A stretch of DNA of 64,000 bases from Spirochaetia bacterium (GCA_963668315.1 OY764216.1:4544001-4608000); one strand, 5' to 3'; positions 18,694 to 30,044 are shown, counted from the stretch's first letter. The notes: generated by a model not told the origin, from the sequence alone. Numbers and translations: made by a program.

Positions 18694-19873
18694 AAGCTAT
18701 AGCTCCCATATCATCAGTAATCATTCGTAATCGCTCAAAACAAACAATAAGAAATACAATATATCCCAGCAAAAAAACAGGTAGTAAATATAAGGTTCTT
18801 TCACTGGCGATAAAACCAAATAAGGGAGGTAGAAAGGTAGCCCCCATATAAGCAACAGCCATTTGGAATCCCATTATTGCCTGGGAATTCTCTTTCCCAA
18901 ACCGTACGGGAGTTTCATGAAGCATAGACGGGAAGATCGGAGCAAGGCCGAAACCAACCATAAGAAATCCCAGTAAAGTCAGGGGCAAAGATAAGGGAAG
19001 AAGCATTAGTAAAATACCTGAAAGTACGATTATTGCGCCCCTGCGAATTAATGTATTATTCGACCATCTGTAAGTTAGGAATCCAGTAAGAAATCGTCCC
19101 AAGGTAATACTTCCAAAAAAGAAGGATACCCAGCTAGCAGTTTCTGCCGGGTTTAATCCCTTTACCTTAAACAGAAAAGAGCCACCCCAAAGCCCCATAG
19201 AAGATTCAATGCCGCAATAGAAAAGAAAGACAAGGAGCGCCATCGGGACTCCTTTAATTTTCAGTGCTCCCAGAAAGGAAACTTGATCACCAGGCTCTGT
19301 CACTCCTTTGGTAGATTTTCGGGATTTGACCTTGTCCCAAAGTGGAATCGCGGCAATAAGCACAAAAACCAGAATGCACTGGAATATCCCCACACTCCGG
19401 TACCCCGATCTCCAGGGAAAGCCCTTATGCAAAAGAACGGAAAGAATCATTGGTCCACCCAGTGCACCGACTCCCCAAAAACTATGAAGCCAGCTCATAT
19501 GCCGGGACTCGTAATGATCCGCCACATAGGCATTGAGGCCGGCATCAACTGCACCTGCTCCCAAGCCGAGAGGTATGGCAGCGGGAAGTATCCATAGAAA
19601 GGAAGGAGCTAATGAAAATCCCAGAAGAGCAGCCGCAGTAAGTGCAACACTTAATGTGGTAAGCTTCCCCGTGCCGAAGCGCTTTAGAAGAAGACCGGAA
19701 AACATACTGGAAAGAATGGTTCCCCCTGAGATGATGACTTGTATAAATCCAGCAAATCCATAGGGAACATTCAAATCCGGCTGCATTACCGGCCAACCAG
19801 AGCCGAGAAGAGCGTCGGGAAGTCCCAGACTGATAAATGCGATGTAAATAATAATTAATAGAAGAGTTGCCAT
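18683..19873 (-). CDS. MFS transporter
   Basis: FISLGLPDALLG and GAGAVDAGLN motifs; 12-TM pattern. Confidence 0.92.
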   Translation of the reverse strand: MATLLLIIIYIAFISLGLPDALLGSGWPVMQPDLNVPYGFAGFIQVIISGGTILSSMFSGLLLKRFGTGKLTTLSVALTAAALLGFSLAPSFLWILPAAIPLGLGAGAVDAGLNAYVADHYESRHMSWLHSFWGVGALGGPMILSVLLHKGFPWRSGYRSVGIFQCILVFVLIAAIPLWDKVKSRKSTKGVTEPGDQVSFLGALKIKGVPMALLVFLFYCGIESSMGLWGGSFLFKVKGLNPAETASWVSFFFGSITLGRFLTGFLTYRWSNNTLIRRGAIIVLSGILLMLLPLSLPLTLLGFLMVGFGLAPIFPSMLHETPVRFGKENSQAIMGFQMAVAYMGATFLPPLFGFIASERTLYLLPVFLLGYIVFLIVCFERLRMITDDMGAIAYEN

Positions 19874-19884
19874 ATTTATATTCC

Positions 19885-20880
19885 TTATTGTTCCAGAATT
19901 TCCAGGATTCGTTTGGTTAAACCCCTTTCATAATCCAGGTTGAAGTCATTAGCAAGTGAAATTTCAGGGTAAATTCTTTCAGGTAGATTCCTTTTTACTT
20001 CTTCCTTTATTGCCAATAGATAATCATCATTGAGAAACTCTCCAAATAGAACGATTGAATCAGGATCGAGAACTGCCGTCATACTGAGAATCACCTTTGA
20101 TGCTGCTGAAGAAAAATCAGGCATAGAATCAGCGAGGTCAGCTCCCCATTTAATCTCAAGTGGCAACCAGGAAACTTCACCGGCGAAATGCCTGTTTCCC
20201 TTAAGGAGTTTTCCATTAATTTTAATACCTGCACCGGGAGGATACTTTCTGGGAAAATAAAGATAAATCTCGGTTATGTCAGTATCATCCTTTCGACTAT
20301 GTCCCAGTACAGCAGCATTCACGTCATTCTCAACAATAACAGGCAGATGGAACTTATCCTTAATCAACTCCACAATAGAGATGCCCATGAGCTGTTGGTA
20401 ATCCATAACCACAATCTCACCTTCGAGTTCAATACCCGGGATTCCAATACTGATAGCGGATATTGATGAATATTTCTCTATGCATCCTGTTATGGCATCC
20501 TCAAAACATAACCAGGAAACATCTATCAGTGGCTCAAGGGATTCTATGACCTTGCCATGAAGATCTATAACCCTTATACAAACAGAGTCCAGGCCATTTA
20601 TTTCTCTTGTGTAGATGATTAGCCCTAGTTTTGCCCTTTCATTAAAGACATACTGTGTAGACGGTCTTCCTCCGTTTGAAGGAGTCAGTTCCCCTATCAG
20701 GACACGGTTCTGCTCTATTAAATCATTAAGAATACCTTTAACGGTAACTACGGTTAAACCTGTTCGGGTTGCCAGTTCTTTTATAGTAGAGACCTTTCTT
20801 AGTTTCAGTTCCTGGAGAATAACCTTCGTATTGAATTCTTTGACAATTAGAGTATTCACACCTTTATCAGAATCTTTCAT
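19885..20880 (-). CDS. ROK-family transcriptional regulator
   Basis: N-terminal HTH; VENDVNAA and FAGEV motifs. Confidence 0.88.
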   Translation of the reverse strand: MKDSDKGVNTLIVKEFNTKVILQELKLRKVSTIKELATRTGLTVVTVKGILNDLIEQNRVLIGELTPSNGGRPSTQYVFNERAKLGLIIYTREINGLDSVCIRVIDLHGKVIESLEPLIDVSWLCFEDAITGCIEKYSSISAISIGIPGIELEGEIVVMDYQQLMGISIVELIKDKFHLPVIVENDVNAAVLGHSRKDDTDITEIYLYFPRKYPPGAGIKINGKLLKGNRHFAGEVSWLPLEIKWGADLADSMPDFSSAASKVILSMTAVLDPDSIVLFGEFLNDDYLLAIKEEVKRNLPERIYPEISLANDFNLDYERGLTKRILEILEQ

Positions 20881-21194
20881 ACACCTCTTTTTATATGTCC
20901 TTTAATTATAAGTCAAGAGTAATCAACAGGAAAATTGATGTGATCTGGGTTATTTATTCCTTTACATGATTTCAAGAGGACGGCACCTAAATCATTTCAC
21001 ACTGTTACGATCCATTAGCTACAGTCTATTCTAAATTTCTTAGTAGTATCATCCCAGAATAGAAAGACAAAAAATATGCTATACTTGGTTAAGCTATAAA
21101 CAAGAGAATCTCTGCCCTTTACAATTTTACTTAAAGCTTAGTAAAGGGTAATACATATTTAATATATAATAATGTGATTTGATGAAGTGCATTT

Positions 21195-21611
21195 ATGGGA
21201 GATATACCATTGAGTTTAACAAAAGAGAAAGAAATAGATATTTATGTATCTGACCTTGGGAGAGCAATAGTTTTTTATGAAGAGCTATTAGAAGTTAAAA
21301 TTGAGAGAAGATTTGATGATCGTTGGGCTTTTTTTCCCGATAGTAAACTTTTTTTACTAAGCTATACTTACGATAATAAAAATAATATACCCAAAACTTC
21401 TCATCAAGCTACAAGAAAACCAGGTAATTCATGTATTCCAGTTTTCCATACAAGTGACATTAATAACGAGCATTCAAGAATAGAGTTATTATCCCATAAT
21501 GTTAGTGAAATCTGTTTTTTGAATGTAATAAAACCTTATTACTTTTTCACATTTATGGATCCCGATAATAATATTTTAGAAATAGGTAACTATCCCAAAT
21601 TAACAGCATGA
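21195..21611 (+). CDS. VOC/glyoxalase-family protein
   Basis: VSDLGRAIVFYEELL...FMDPDNNILEI. Confidence 0.85.
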   Translation: MGDIPLSLTKEKEIDIYVSDLGRAIVFYEELLEVKIERRFDDRWAFFPDSKLFLLSYTYDNKNNIPKTSHQATRKPGNSCIPVFHTSDINNEHSRIELLSHNVSEICFLNVIKPYYFFTFMDPDNNILEIGNYPKLTA

Positions 21612-21670
21612 ATGTAGTAATAATACTCATAGTATGAGAAATAATCATTTATCCCTAGGAGATTCATAAA

Positions 21671-23866
21671 TTGAAAGATGGCCTGAATAAAATAAAAATA
21701 TATTTTCTTAGTACTTATATCATCTTCCTTATCCTTCCTTTGTCAATCCTCCTCTTCTTCATACCGAAACTCCTTGAATTATCAAAGGAAAGAGCAATTA
21801 ATACTATGGATGAAAACCTAAATAAGGCAGGCTACGTTCTTGATCTAACTTTTGACGAGATAGATCGTATGGTTGATCAGGTGCAGTACTTTCCCGACTT
21901 TGAGAAGATTACATCCCTTGAAAAACCCAAGTACGGAGAATCAGAGAGTCCATGGCAGCTAATCCTGTTTCAAAAAATGTTTCGCCCTCTTACTGTTCAG
22001 AATGCCCTAATTTACCACTATTTTCTGGTGACCTTTCCCAATGGATTTGTTCTGAATAATAGTCAGATAATTACAGATTTGGATTTTTTCTATACAAATA
22101 TCTTCCATTATAAAGACTGGACGCGTGGAGAATGGGAGAATGAAATACAGCTTGAGACAGGATCAAAATTCATACCTGAAATGGATATATACCTCAGCCG
22201 TGATGGTGAAAATGCCAAAGAGAATAGCCGGATGATCTCCTATGTACATTCAGTCATAGTAAATAGATCAAGCGATATAAAACATAGTTTTTCTGCCATC
22301 TTTCTACTGGATGAAGATTATTTACAGGAACTGCTCCAATTCTCCCAGTATAATGGATTGGGTTCAGTCGCTCTCTATGATAAAAAAGGAAGACTCCTTG
22401 CAGCAGATAATGGCTGGCAGGCGTTCTCTGATAAAGATTTCACCCTTATGGTAAACAATATATCAGGAGAGATTCTTCTCAATGGCGAAAAATATCTTTA
22501 TGGTTCCCTTACTTCTGTCTCTCACGATTATGTATTACTCTCCTGTATCCCGCTTAAGGATCTCTTTCACGAAATTAATACGTTCATCCGTATCCTCTTT
22601 TTAATGCTGATCATAGTTCTCATAACTGGGACCACCACGGCCTGGGTTCTTTCAGGACGACAATATCGAGGATTATCTCGTTCTTTGCAACTTGTGGATA
22701 TGAATAATTTAAGGAGCTATAAAATATCTGAAATATTTGAAGTTCTAAACGATAGACTAGCTCAAAGGAATCTAGAATATCTCTTACAGAAGGATAGGAT
22801 TAATACATACCACTTACGAATGCTTCTTAATGGCGAATGGTCAGATTCACCCCACAGAGAAAAGATACTGGAAAACCTTAACCTAACAATAGACACTCCC
22901 TGCCAGGTAGCTCTTGTTAATCAGAGCCAAAAAGCTTTGTCTCTCAGCTCCCATTGTCTTACGCCCTGTCAGCTTACCGACGATTACACAGCCCTGATAT
23001 ATACAGGGATCAATACAAATATAATTATAGAAGAAGATTTAAAGAAACTGGAGAATCAATATGAGAAGGAAGGAAATCTCCTGACAGCCTCAATCGGACC
23101 GTCTGTATCAAATCTATCTGATCTTCCCTTTTCCTATCAACAAGCCCGAAAGGGCTATTCTCACACCAGTCCAATAAATAGAATCATACGCACAGAAGAA
23201 GAGCATTATGAAACTAGTAAGCTTATTTTTTCCATGGAATATGAAAATCGGTTGATAAATGCTACGTTGGCCGGGAATGTACAACTACTTTCCGAACTCA
23301 TATCTTCTCTTTTTCGTGATAACAATGATATTCTGAGCCAGTCTTTAGAAGCTCTACAGAACTTTCAAGGCCAGCTTATGGGCACATTCAGTCGTGTCAT
23401 AGACATGTCTGGCATAGATATTCCCGAATTTAATACTTCTAACCAAGCCCTCTCTCCTGATGATCTGGAGTCTAAAATATGTACATTATTTCTCTCTGTT
23501 GCCAAAAGGAGAGAAGCAGCTAAACGCAGTCACAACGAAGAACTCCTGAATGAGATTGATCAGTATATAGATCATCATTTTTCAAATATTATGACTAATG
23601 GTAATGCCATAGCAGCCCATTGTCGAATATCCGTCACTTATCTTTCTTCCTTTCTCAAGGAGCAGAGAGGTGTCTCCTATGGAAAATTATTGGAAAACCG
23701 TCGTATGAAAGAAGCAGAGAAGCTTCTAAGTGAAGAAAATACCTCAATAGGCAATATTGCTCTACGTTGCGGTTATGAAAATGCAGGAAGTTTCAGAAGA
23801 AGATTCAAGGTTGTATTCGGACTATCACCTGGAGAATTCAGAGATAAAAAAACTACCGATTCATAA
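21671..23866 (+). CDS. Membrane-anchored AraC-family regulator (YesS-like)
   Basis: Two TM segments, a large sensor region, and C-terminal CGYENAGSFRRRFK. Confidence 0.88.
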   Translation: MKDGLNKIKIYFLSTYIIFLILPLSILLFFIPKLLELSKERAINTMDENLNKAGYVLDLTFDEIDRMVDQVQYFPDFEKITSLEKPKYGESESPWQLILFQKMFRPLTVQNALIYHYFLVTFPNGFVLNNSQIITDLDFFYTNIFHYKDWTRGEWENEIQLETGSKFIPEMDIYLSRDGENAKENSRMISYVHSVIVNRSSDIKHSFSAIFLLDEDYLQELLQFSQYNGLGSVALYDKKGRLLAADNGWQAFSDKDFTLMVNNISGEILLNGEKYLYGSLTSVSHDYVLLSCIPLKDLFHEINTFIRILFLMLIIVLITGTTTAWVLSGRQYRGLSRSLQLVDMNNLRSYKISEIFEVLNDRLAQRNLEYLLQKDRINTYHLRMLLNGEWSDSPHREKILENLNLTIDTPCQVALVNQSQKALSLSSHCLTPCQLTDDYTALIYTGINTNIIIEEDLKKLENQYEKEGNLLTASIGPSVSNLSDLPFSYQQARKGYSHTSPINRIIRTEEEHYETSKLIFSMEYENRLINATLAGNVQLLSELISSLFRDNNDILSQSLEALQNFQGQLMGTFSRVIDMSGIDIPEFNTSNQALSPDDLESKICTLFLSVAKRREAAKRSHNEELLNEIDQYIDHHFSNIMTNGNAIAAHCRISVTYLSSFLKEQRGVSYGKLLENRRMKEAEKLLSEENTSIGNIALRCGYENAGSFRRRFKVVFGLSPGEFRDKKTTDS

Positions 23867-23971
23867 CATTTGCACTAGTACTTTAAAAAAAGAGCTATCA
23901 ATTCTGAAAATAGGAATGTAATAGGAAAAACAGTTTCTTGTAGTTTTTTTTATTCATGCTAGCCTGTTCTC

Positions 23972-24892
23972 ATGAACATGACTAAAGCTAAATCACCCCT
24001 TAGGGAATCTCTAAAGAATCACCCGACGTTGTATCTTCTAATGTTGATTCCCTTTGCGTACATTATCATTTTTCAGTACGTACCTATGTACGGGCTGCTC
24101 ATCGCTTTCAAGAATTACTCACCTAGAAAAGGGATCTTAGGAAGCCCATGGATTGGATTTAAAAATTTCGAACTATTCATTAAATCCTACCAATTTAAAA
24201 GAGTTGTCCTCAATACCTTAGGACTAAGATTCTACCTTCTACTGGCCAGTTTTCCTTTTCCCGTATTATTGGCCCTTTCATTAAATGAAGTAAGAAACCA
24301 AAAGTATAAAAAAACAGTACAGATGATATCCTATCTACCCCATTTCATTTCTACCGTAGTTGTAGTGGGAATTCTTAACCAGTTTTTATCCTACAACGGC
24401 TTATTGAACAACATAAGAATAATGATGGGCCTGGAAAGAATAAGTCTGCTAAATATGCCTGAGCTTTTTAAAACCCTATACGTTCTATCCGATATATGGC
24501 AGACCGTTGGATACAGTAGTATCATATACTTAGCAGCACTTTCAGCGGTAAATGTCGACCTCTATGATGCGGGTAGAATCGATGGAATGAACATCTTTAA
24601 AAAGATTCTTTACATCGACATACCAACGATACTCCCCACGATAATCATCCTCTTTATTCTCAATGTTTCAAAGATTATGAACGTGGGTTTCGAAAAAGTC
24701 TTCCTCATGCAGAATAACCTGAATATGGCAACATCCGATGTGATCAATACATATGTATATCGGATTGGTATTCTCACAGGAAGTTACAGTTTTGCCACAG
24801 CAGTTGGGCTCTTCACTTCTATAATCAACAGTATCATCTTAATCACAGTAAATAAGATTTCTAAAACTATTTCGGAGACTAGTTTATGGTAA
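23972..24892 (+). CDS. Carbohydrate ABC permease (LplB/YteP-like)
   Basis: YVPMYGLLIAFK and YLPHFIS motifs; EAA-like loop LYDAGRIDG. Confidence 0.93.
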   Translation: MNMTKAKSPLRESLKNHPTLYLLMLIPFAYIIIFQYVPMYGLLIAFKNYSPRKGILGSPWIGFKNFELFIKSYQFKRVVLNTLGLRFYLLLASFPFPVLLALSLNEVRNQKYKKTVQMISYLPHFISTVVVVGILNQFLSYNGLLNNIRIMMGLERISLLNMPELFKTLYVLSDIWQTVGYSSIIYLAALSAVNVDLYDAGRIDGMNIFKKILYIDIPTILPTIIILFILNVSKIMNVGFEKVFLMQNNLNMATSDVINTYVYRIGILTGSYSFATAVGLFTSIINSIILITVNKISKTISETSLW

Positions 24893-25785
24893 GCAAACTC
24901 ACTCAGGAAAGACTAACCCGATTCGATAGAATCGTTATAAGAATCAATGCAATACTACTAGGCCTAAGCCTCTTTATATTCCTTATTCCCATCATTAATG
25001 TACTATCAAACTCATTCAGTGATGCGCAAGCTGTCATGTCAGGACATGTGACTTTGTTACCCGTGGATTTTACTTTGGAGAGTTATAGTAAGGCTTTCTC
25101 CAATAAGGATGTTCTGACTGGATACTATAATTCGATCTTTTATACAACGGTCGGAACGATAATTAATCTTTCGGTTACAATTGCTGCGGCCTATCCCCTC
25201 TCAAGGAAAGTATTCTATGGAAGAGGCTTTTTCATGGCGATATTCACCTTCACCATGTTTTTCTCTGGCGGAATGATACCTTCCTACCTTCTAATAAAAA
25301 ACTTGGGTCTTCTTGATACCCGTCTTTCGATGCTTCTTCCTGTAGCTCTTAATGTTATGAATATGATAATAGCCAGGACGTTTTTTCAATCTTCGATACC
25401 TAACGATCTTTATGATTGTGCCTCTCTCGATGGCGCATCTGATATGCAAGTTCTTTTTCGTGTAGTTCTGCCTTTGTCAAAACCGATACTGGCTGTCCTA
25501 ACACTATACTATGCCGTTGCTCATTGGAACTCATTCTTTAATGGGCTCATATATCTGGACTCGGGAAAGCTTTTTCCTCTTCAGTTAATTCTTAGAGAGT
25601 ACTTGTTTGCGGGAGTTGACAGTATGGAACTGACTGATAACGAACAGTTTATGAAAGCGCTGGCGGAGAAAGAGGTTCTTAAATACTCACTGATAGTAGT
25701 GGGCTCCCTTCCAGTTATAATCCTTTATCCCTTCATTCAAAAATACTTTAACAAGGGAATCATGATCGGATCACTTAAAGGTTAA
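24886..25785 (+). CDS. Carbohydrate ABC permease (LplC/YtcP-like)
   Basis: TMFFSGGMIP and YPFIQKYFNKG...GSLKG motifs. Confidence 0.93.
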   Translation: MVSKLTQERLTRFDRIVIRINAILLGLSLFIFLIPIINVLSNSFSDAQAVMSGHVTLLPVDFTLESYSKAFSNKDVLTGYYNSIFYTTVGTIINLSVTIAAAYPLSRKVFYGRGFFMAIFTFTMFFSGGMIPSYLLIKNLGLLDTRLSMLLPVALNVMNMIIARTFFQSSIPNDLYDCASLDGASDMQVLFRVVLPLSKPILAVLTLYYAVAHWNSFFNGLIYLDSGKLFPLQLILREYLFAGVDSMELTDNEQFMKALAEKEVLKYSLIVVGSLPVIILYPFIQKYFNKGIMIGSLKG

Positions 25786-25850
25786 GAGAGAGAACAACTC
25801 TCTTAAAAATATATTATAATTGTCATAAGACAATAGCGTTAGGAGGAAAA

Positions 25851-27491
25851 ATGCGTAAAACGTTGTTATTATTGTCGCTTCTGCTTCTCTGTCTTGCCTG
25901 GCTATCAGCCAACGGTGATACAGAGAGTTCCGCAGGAAAAAATGGAGCTCTAGTGAACCCCAAGGGTACATTTCCTATTGTAGATGAACCTGTATCACTT
26001 TCTCTCTTTACGAATGTTGGTGATGAGATATATGCCAATGGTATGACGGAGTGGTATCAGGAGAAAACGAATGTAAACATTGAATGGATTCGTGTTCCCC
26101 GCAGCAGTTACGTGGAAAAATTAAAAATCAAGATGAATACTCAAGATCTTCCGGACATTATCCGTATGGAAGGTTTTTCAGGCGGAGAAAGCTATAAATT
26201 TATTGAAGATGGTTTCTTTTACCCAATAAGCGATTTATATGGTCAGTATAGCGAATACACGGAAGAATGGCAGAAAGAAGAACCCCTCATGTTTAAGCCG
26301 ACCTTAGGGTCTGATGGGAAAACCTATGGATGGCCCTATAGGCTGACAAGCGGCGGAGATCAGTTCAGAGACAATCTCTTTATTGAAAGGAACTGGCTTG
26401 ATGCGGTTGGAATGAAGGTCCCCACGACAACCGAAGAACTCTATGATGTCTTGAAAGCTTTCAAAACACAGGATGCTAATGGAAATGGTGATCCCAGTGA
26501 TGAAATACCTTTCTCAACCTGTAATTTAAGACCGGTATATTCGGGGCCCTTTATCTCTGCGTTCATGACTTCCCCATCAGACAAGAGTCTCTTTCTGGGA
26601 GTCCAAAATGGGAAAGTGTACATCAGTCGGGCGACTGAGGAATACCGTGATGCATTACGGTATCTGAATAAGTTATGGAAAGAAGGTTTGATCTACCCGG
26701 AAAGCTTCACACAAGATAGAGGGACACAGTGGAAACTGAACGAGCAATTTCCCGATTACAATATGATAGGTGTATTTCAGGGAATGCATTTCAACTATGC
26801 CATGAACTGGGAAAGTGACCGCTGGATGGATTATGCCGAAGTTCCCATTCTTAAGGGACCCCAAGGAGTTCAAGTTGCGGCCTGGAGATCTCCTGAACTC
26901 ACATCCCGCCTCAATACAGTAATATCTGCAGAGACGGCCTATCCCGAAGTAGCGTTCCGTTGGATTGACTGGCTACAGGGAGAAGAAGGAAGTCTGACCA
27001 TGGAAGTTGGGCTTAAGGGAGTTCACTACAGAGATGCTCAACCCGGAGAAACAAATAATCGTGGAAGTAAGGCTGTTTATACAGAAATCACCAATAACGA
27101 GGTAACACCATTTGCCTGGGGAGAACTCGTGGTAGAGCATTGGGGTGGAAATCGTTTTGATGAGTTGATGGCTGCTGCAGTAGACAAGAGAAATCAAGAT
27201 GGCTTGGGAAAGAGCCAAATACTTGAAAAGCATGCTATTGACTCTATGAAGTATGCTCCTGCACTTGATACTCTATGGCCTGAAAATCTACCGATATCTC
27301 CCGATATGGCAGCAGAATATGGCGTACTTAATACGAACCTAACAGACCTCATTAATGAACATGCAACAGAATTCGTAGTAGGAACTAAGGACATAGAAAA
27401 GGACTGGGATACGTACTTAAAAGAACTGGACAATGCAGGTGCTGATCGCTTCCTGGATATGAGTCAAGAACTTTACGACACCTATTATTAA
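25851..27491 (+). CDS. Carbohydrate ABC solute-binding protein (LplA-like)
   Basis: Signal peptide; PTTTEELYDVLKAFKTQDANGNG motif. Confidence 0.92.
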   Translation: MRKTLLLLSLLLLCLAWLSANGDTESSAGKNGALVNPKGTFPIVDEPVSLSLFTNVGDEIYANGMTEWYQEKTNVNIEWIRVPRSSYVEKLKIKMNTQDLPDIIRMEGFSGGESYKFIEDGFFYPISDLYGQYSEYTEEWQKEEPLMFKPTLGSDGKTYGWPYRLTSGGDQFRDNLFIERNWLDAVGMKVPTTTEELYDVLKAFKTQDANGNGDPSDEIPFSTCNLRPVYSGPFISAFMTSPSDKSLFLGVQNGKVYISRATEEYRDALRYLNKLWKEGLIYPESFTQDRGTQWKLNEQFPDYNMIGVFQGMHFNYAMNWESDRWMDYAEVPILKGPQGVQVAAWRSPELTSRLNTVISAETAYPEVAFRWIDWLQGEEGSLTMEVGLKGVHYRDAQPGETNNRGSKAVYTEITNNEVTPFAWGELVVEHWGGNRFDELMAAAVDKRNQDGLGKSQILEKHAIDSMKYAPALDTLWPENLPISPDMAAEYGVLNTNLTDLINEHATEFVVGTKDIEKDWDTYLKELDNAGADRFLDMSQELYDTYY

Positions 27492-27506
27492 TAAAAGATA
27501 GGCCCA

Positions 27507-27540
27507 AAACCTACCCGCCCTTGAAGGGCGGGTTTTTCTT
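27507..27540 (+). terminator. Intrinsic terminator / stabilising hairpin
   Basis: acccgccc-ttgaa-gggcgggt followed by a T tract. Confidence 0.75.
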
Positions 27541-27562
27541 ATCGATGAAAAGGAGAGAGAAT

Positions 27563-29077
27563 TTGGAATACGATATCCCAACTTATCCGGAGCTAGGGAA
27601 TGTTTACTTAGGAGATTATTATGAGTCCATTCCCTTTGAAGATTATATATACAAAAAAGATTACAAATCCTATGGAATGCAGATTTTTGATATAAGGGAT
27701 TATGGAGCTGTTCCCGACGATGGAAGACTCAATACGGAAGCGATTAATAAAACAATTGAAGAATCCAAGATTGCTGGAGGCGGTGTAATACTTATTGATG
27801 GAGGAACTTACCTTAGTGGCACAATTCAGCTCTATAGCAACATGATACTCCATATTGCTTCTGGTTCAGTTCTCCAAGCCAGTCGAAATGCAGAAAAAAT
27901 GAACAAAGCTTTTATTATCGCCCAATATTCAGAAAATATTACAATCACCGGAGGAGGAACGATTTGTGGAAATGGGGAGTGGTATGTTTACGAACCTAGG
28001 AAAAAACCTCTGCTTAAGCCCTTGGATATCAGTGCTCTACCTCCTCGGGATGCCATAGATATAAATGGAGTCCCAGATACGATGAGATACCATTACCGAC
28101 AGAGGATTCGTTATGCTGAAGATAAATATGATGAAGGACTTCCACCATTAAAAAGACCGGATTACATGGTATGGATTAAGGAGTGCCAAAATGTAACGAT
28201 AAGAAATATTGTATTGGAAGATTCCATGTCTTGGACGCTCAATTTTGATTGTTCCCGTGATATTATAGTTTCCCATACAATAATCAATAACAACCGCCAT
28301 GTCGCGAATACCGATGGGATAGATATAACAGGAAGTAGCAATGTAATGATACTTAGGTGTTTCATCGCTACAGCAGATGATGGAATTGTTATAAAAAATC
28401 CCAATCATACTCAACGTGAGATGACAAACATTCGTATAAACGACTGCCGTATTCAAACAGTCATGAATGCTTTTAAAATTGGAACCGAGACAAAATATGA
28501 TATTTCTGATGTCGTAGTTGAAAACTGCCATTTCGAATTACCTGATATCTATCCTGGATCTGTATCTGGTATATCCATAGAATCGGCAGATGGTTCCTAT
28601 GTAAGAAACGTATCAGTAAGTAATATTACAATGGATAATATCACCTGTCCTTTATTCATTGCACTAAATATGAGAAACAGAGATGGGATTGAATACCCTG
28701 ATCGCTTCCCTAGACCCTATGGGGGAGGAATTGAAAATATCCATATAGAAAACATACAAGCTAAGAATGCAGAGGCTCCCAGTTTAATTTCTGGTTTTTT
28801 AATCTCAAATAATACGAAGAAAGTTTACAAGCCAATAAAATCGGTAGCCATTAAGAATTTTTATGTGACCTATAGAGATAATGATGAAAAGGTACAAGTA
28901 CCAGAAACAATTGAAGAATATCTCGAAGAATATCCTGAAAATAATAATTTCGGCGATGTAGATGCTTGTGGGCTATGGGCCCGTCATTGTGAAGAAATTA
29001 AGCTCGAGAATATAGAGATAATCCCAAGAAAGGTTAATACCAGGGATAACATCAGGATAATACGCCAGCTCCAATAA
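27563..29077 (+). CDS. Glycoside hydrolase family 28 (polygalacturonase-like), no signal peptide
   Basis: DYGAVPD, NTDGID, ADDG and KIGTE motifs; TTG start after AGGAG (ATG 27545 is an alternative). Confidence 0.88.
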   Translation: MEYDIPTYPELGNVYLGDYYESIPFEDYIYKKDYKSYGMQIFDIRDYGAVPDDGRLNTEAINKTIEESKIAGGGVILIDGGTYLSGTIQLYSNMILHIASGSVLQASRNAEKMNKAFIIAQYSENITITGGGTICGNGEWYVYEPRKKPLLKPLDISALPPRDAIDINGVPDTMRYHYRQRIRYAEDKYDEGLPPLKRPDYMVWIKECQNVTIRNIVLEDSMSWTLNFDCSRDIIVSHTIINNNRHVANTDGIDITGSSNVMILRCFIATADDGIVIKNPNHTQREMTNIRINDCRIQTVMNAFKIGTETKYDISDVVVENCHFELPDIYPGSVSGISIESADGSYVRNVSVSNITMDNITCPLFIALNMRNRDGIEYPDRFPRPYGGGIENIHIENIQAKNAEAPSLISGFLISNNTKKVYKPIKSVAIKNFYVTYRDNDEKVQVPETIEEYLEEYPENNNFGDVDACGLWARHCEEIKLENIEIIPRKVNTRDNIRIIRQLQ

Positions 29078-29122
29078 TATAAAAAACATTACAATATTAT
29101 TGAACTAAACCTTAAGTATAAA

Positions 29123-29441
29123 TCGCGAATAAAAGTAATGCTATACAACAAATCTAAACCATTTTAAAAAGAAGGGATATAGAGTATCCTCGAACTCTCT
29201 CCAACAGTTTTAGACCGGAAGTTTTCCGGTCTTTTATTATAAATGGGAACTTTTGATATTTCGGTCTCAATTCTAGGAATGAAATAGATCCAATAATCCC
29301 TCTTTACTGTTTACTGGATCATAAAGATTCAACATATACTCATTATCTATTTCTGAACGAAGAAAGCTCAAAGAATGATTAGCAAAATTATAAGTGATAT
29401 CATCTGAGTTTGAAATTAATACAAATACTACCGTAGTACAT
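29123..29441 (+). repeat. ~320-bp direct repeat, copy 1
   Basis: Aligns to 42732-43049 at roughly 85-90% identity, judged by eye. Confidence 0.92.
29273..29441 (-). pseudogene. 3' remnant of a DUF4825-like gene
   Basis: Paralogous to the C-terminal part of 42881..43309; the 5' part is absent. Confidence 0.8.
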
Positions 29442-29534
29442 GTATCAAAACTTTTTTGCCAAAGTAATTTTCAAAAGAAGGTTGAACACGGCAATTCATA
29501 AACTAAAACGATGAGAAAGTTCAAATAAAATTAC

Positions 29535-30044
29535 TTAGCTAGTTCCTTCAATCATTTTAAAAATGACACTCTTAGATATAGATTCAGAAAAATACATAGC
29601 AAAACAAAATCCATCTGACTCCCAAACAGCAATATTAAACTTTTGATTATTCCCTTTAATCGTGACTTCATTCCCATTTATTGTAATCATTTCGACTAAA
29701 GAATAATTGGAGGAATCAGTACACGAAAAATCGACAAAAGGATTCATGCTAAATATGGCTTTCATACAATCACCATTGTATTTTACTTCTGCATATGCAT
29801 CACCAAAAGATGTATAACTTATGGATATCACATCAAATGGTAAATCATGTACTTGCTTTACCAAATATCCCACGGCATTTGATAAGTCTTCAATGGAAGT
29901 ATAAGTAATTATTTCCGAAATGTTTGAATTAGGAGATATATCGATCTCTTTCTTTATACCAAATATCACAATTGCACCAAATAAGAGGAAAATAAGACTT
30001 GTAACAACAGGGGAAATCTCCCACATATATTTCATCCTCAACAA
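29535..30044 (-). CDS. Hypothetical membrane-anchored protein (DUF4367/anti-sigma-like C-terminus)
   Basis: One TM segment; INGNEVTIKG...AVWESDG; start codon uncertain. Confidence 0.5.
   Translation of the reverse strand: MLRMKYMWEISPVVTSLIFLLFGAIVIFGIKKEIDISPNSNISEIITYTSIEDLSNAVGYLVKQVHDLPFDVISISYTSFGDAYAEVKYNGDCMKAIFSMNPFVDFSCTDSSNYSLVEMITINGNEVTIKGNNQKFNIAVWESDGFCFAMYFSESISKSVIFKMIEGTS

Noticed and set aside
27521..27562. Listed TTG start of the GH28 gene at 27521
   Set aside because: It lies in the terminator hairpin loop. An RBS supports 27563 (or 27545).
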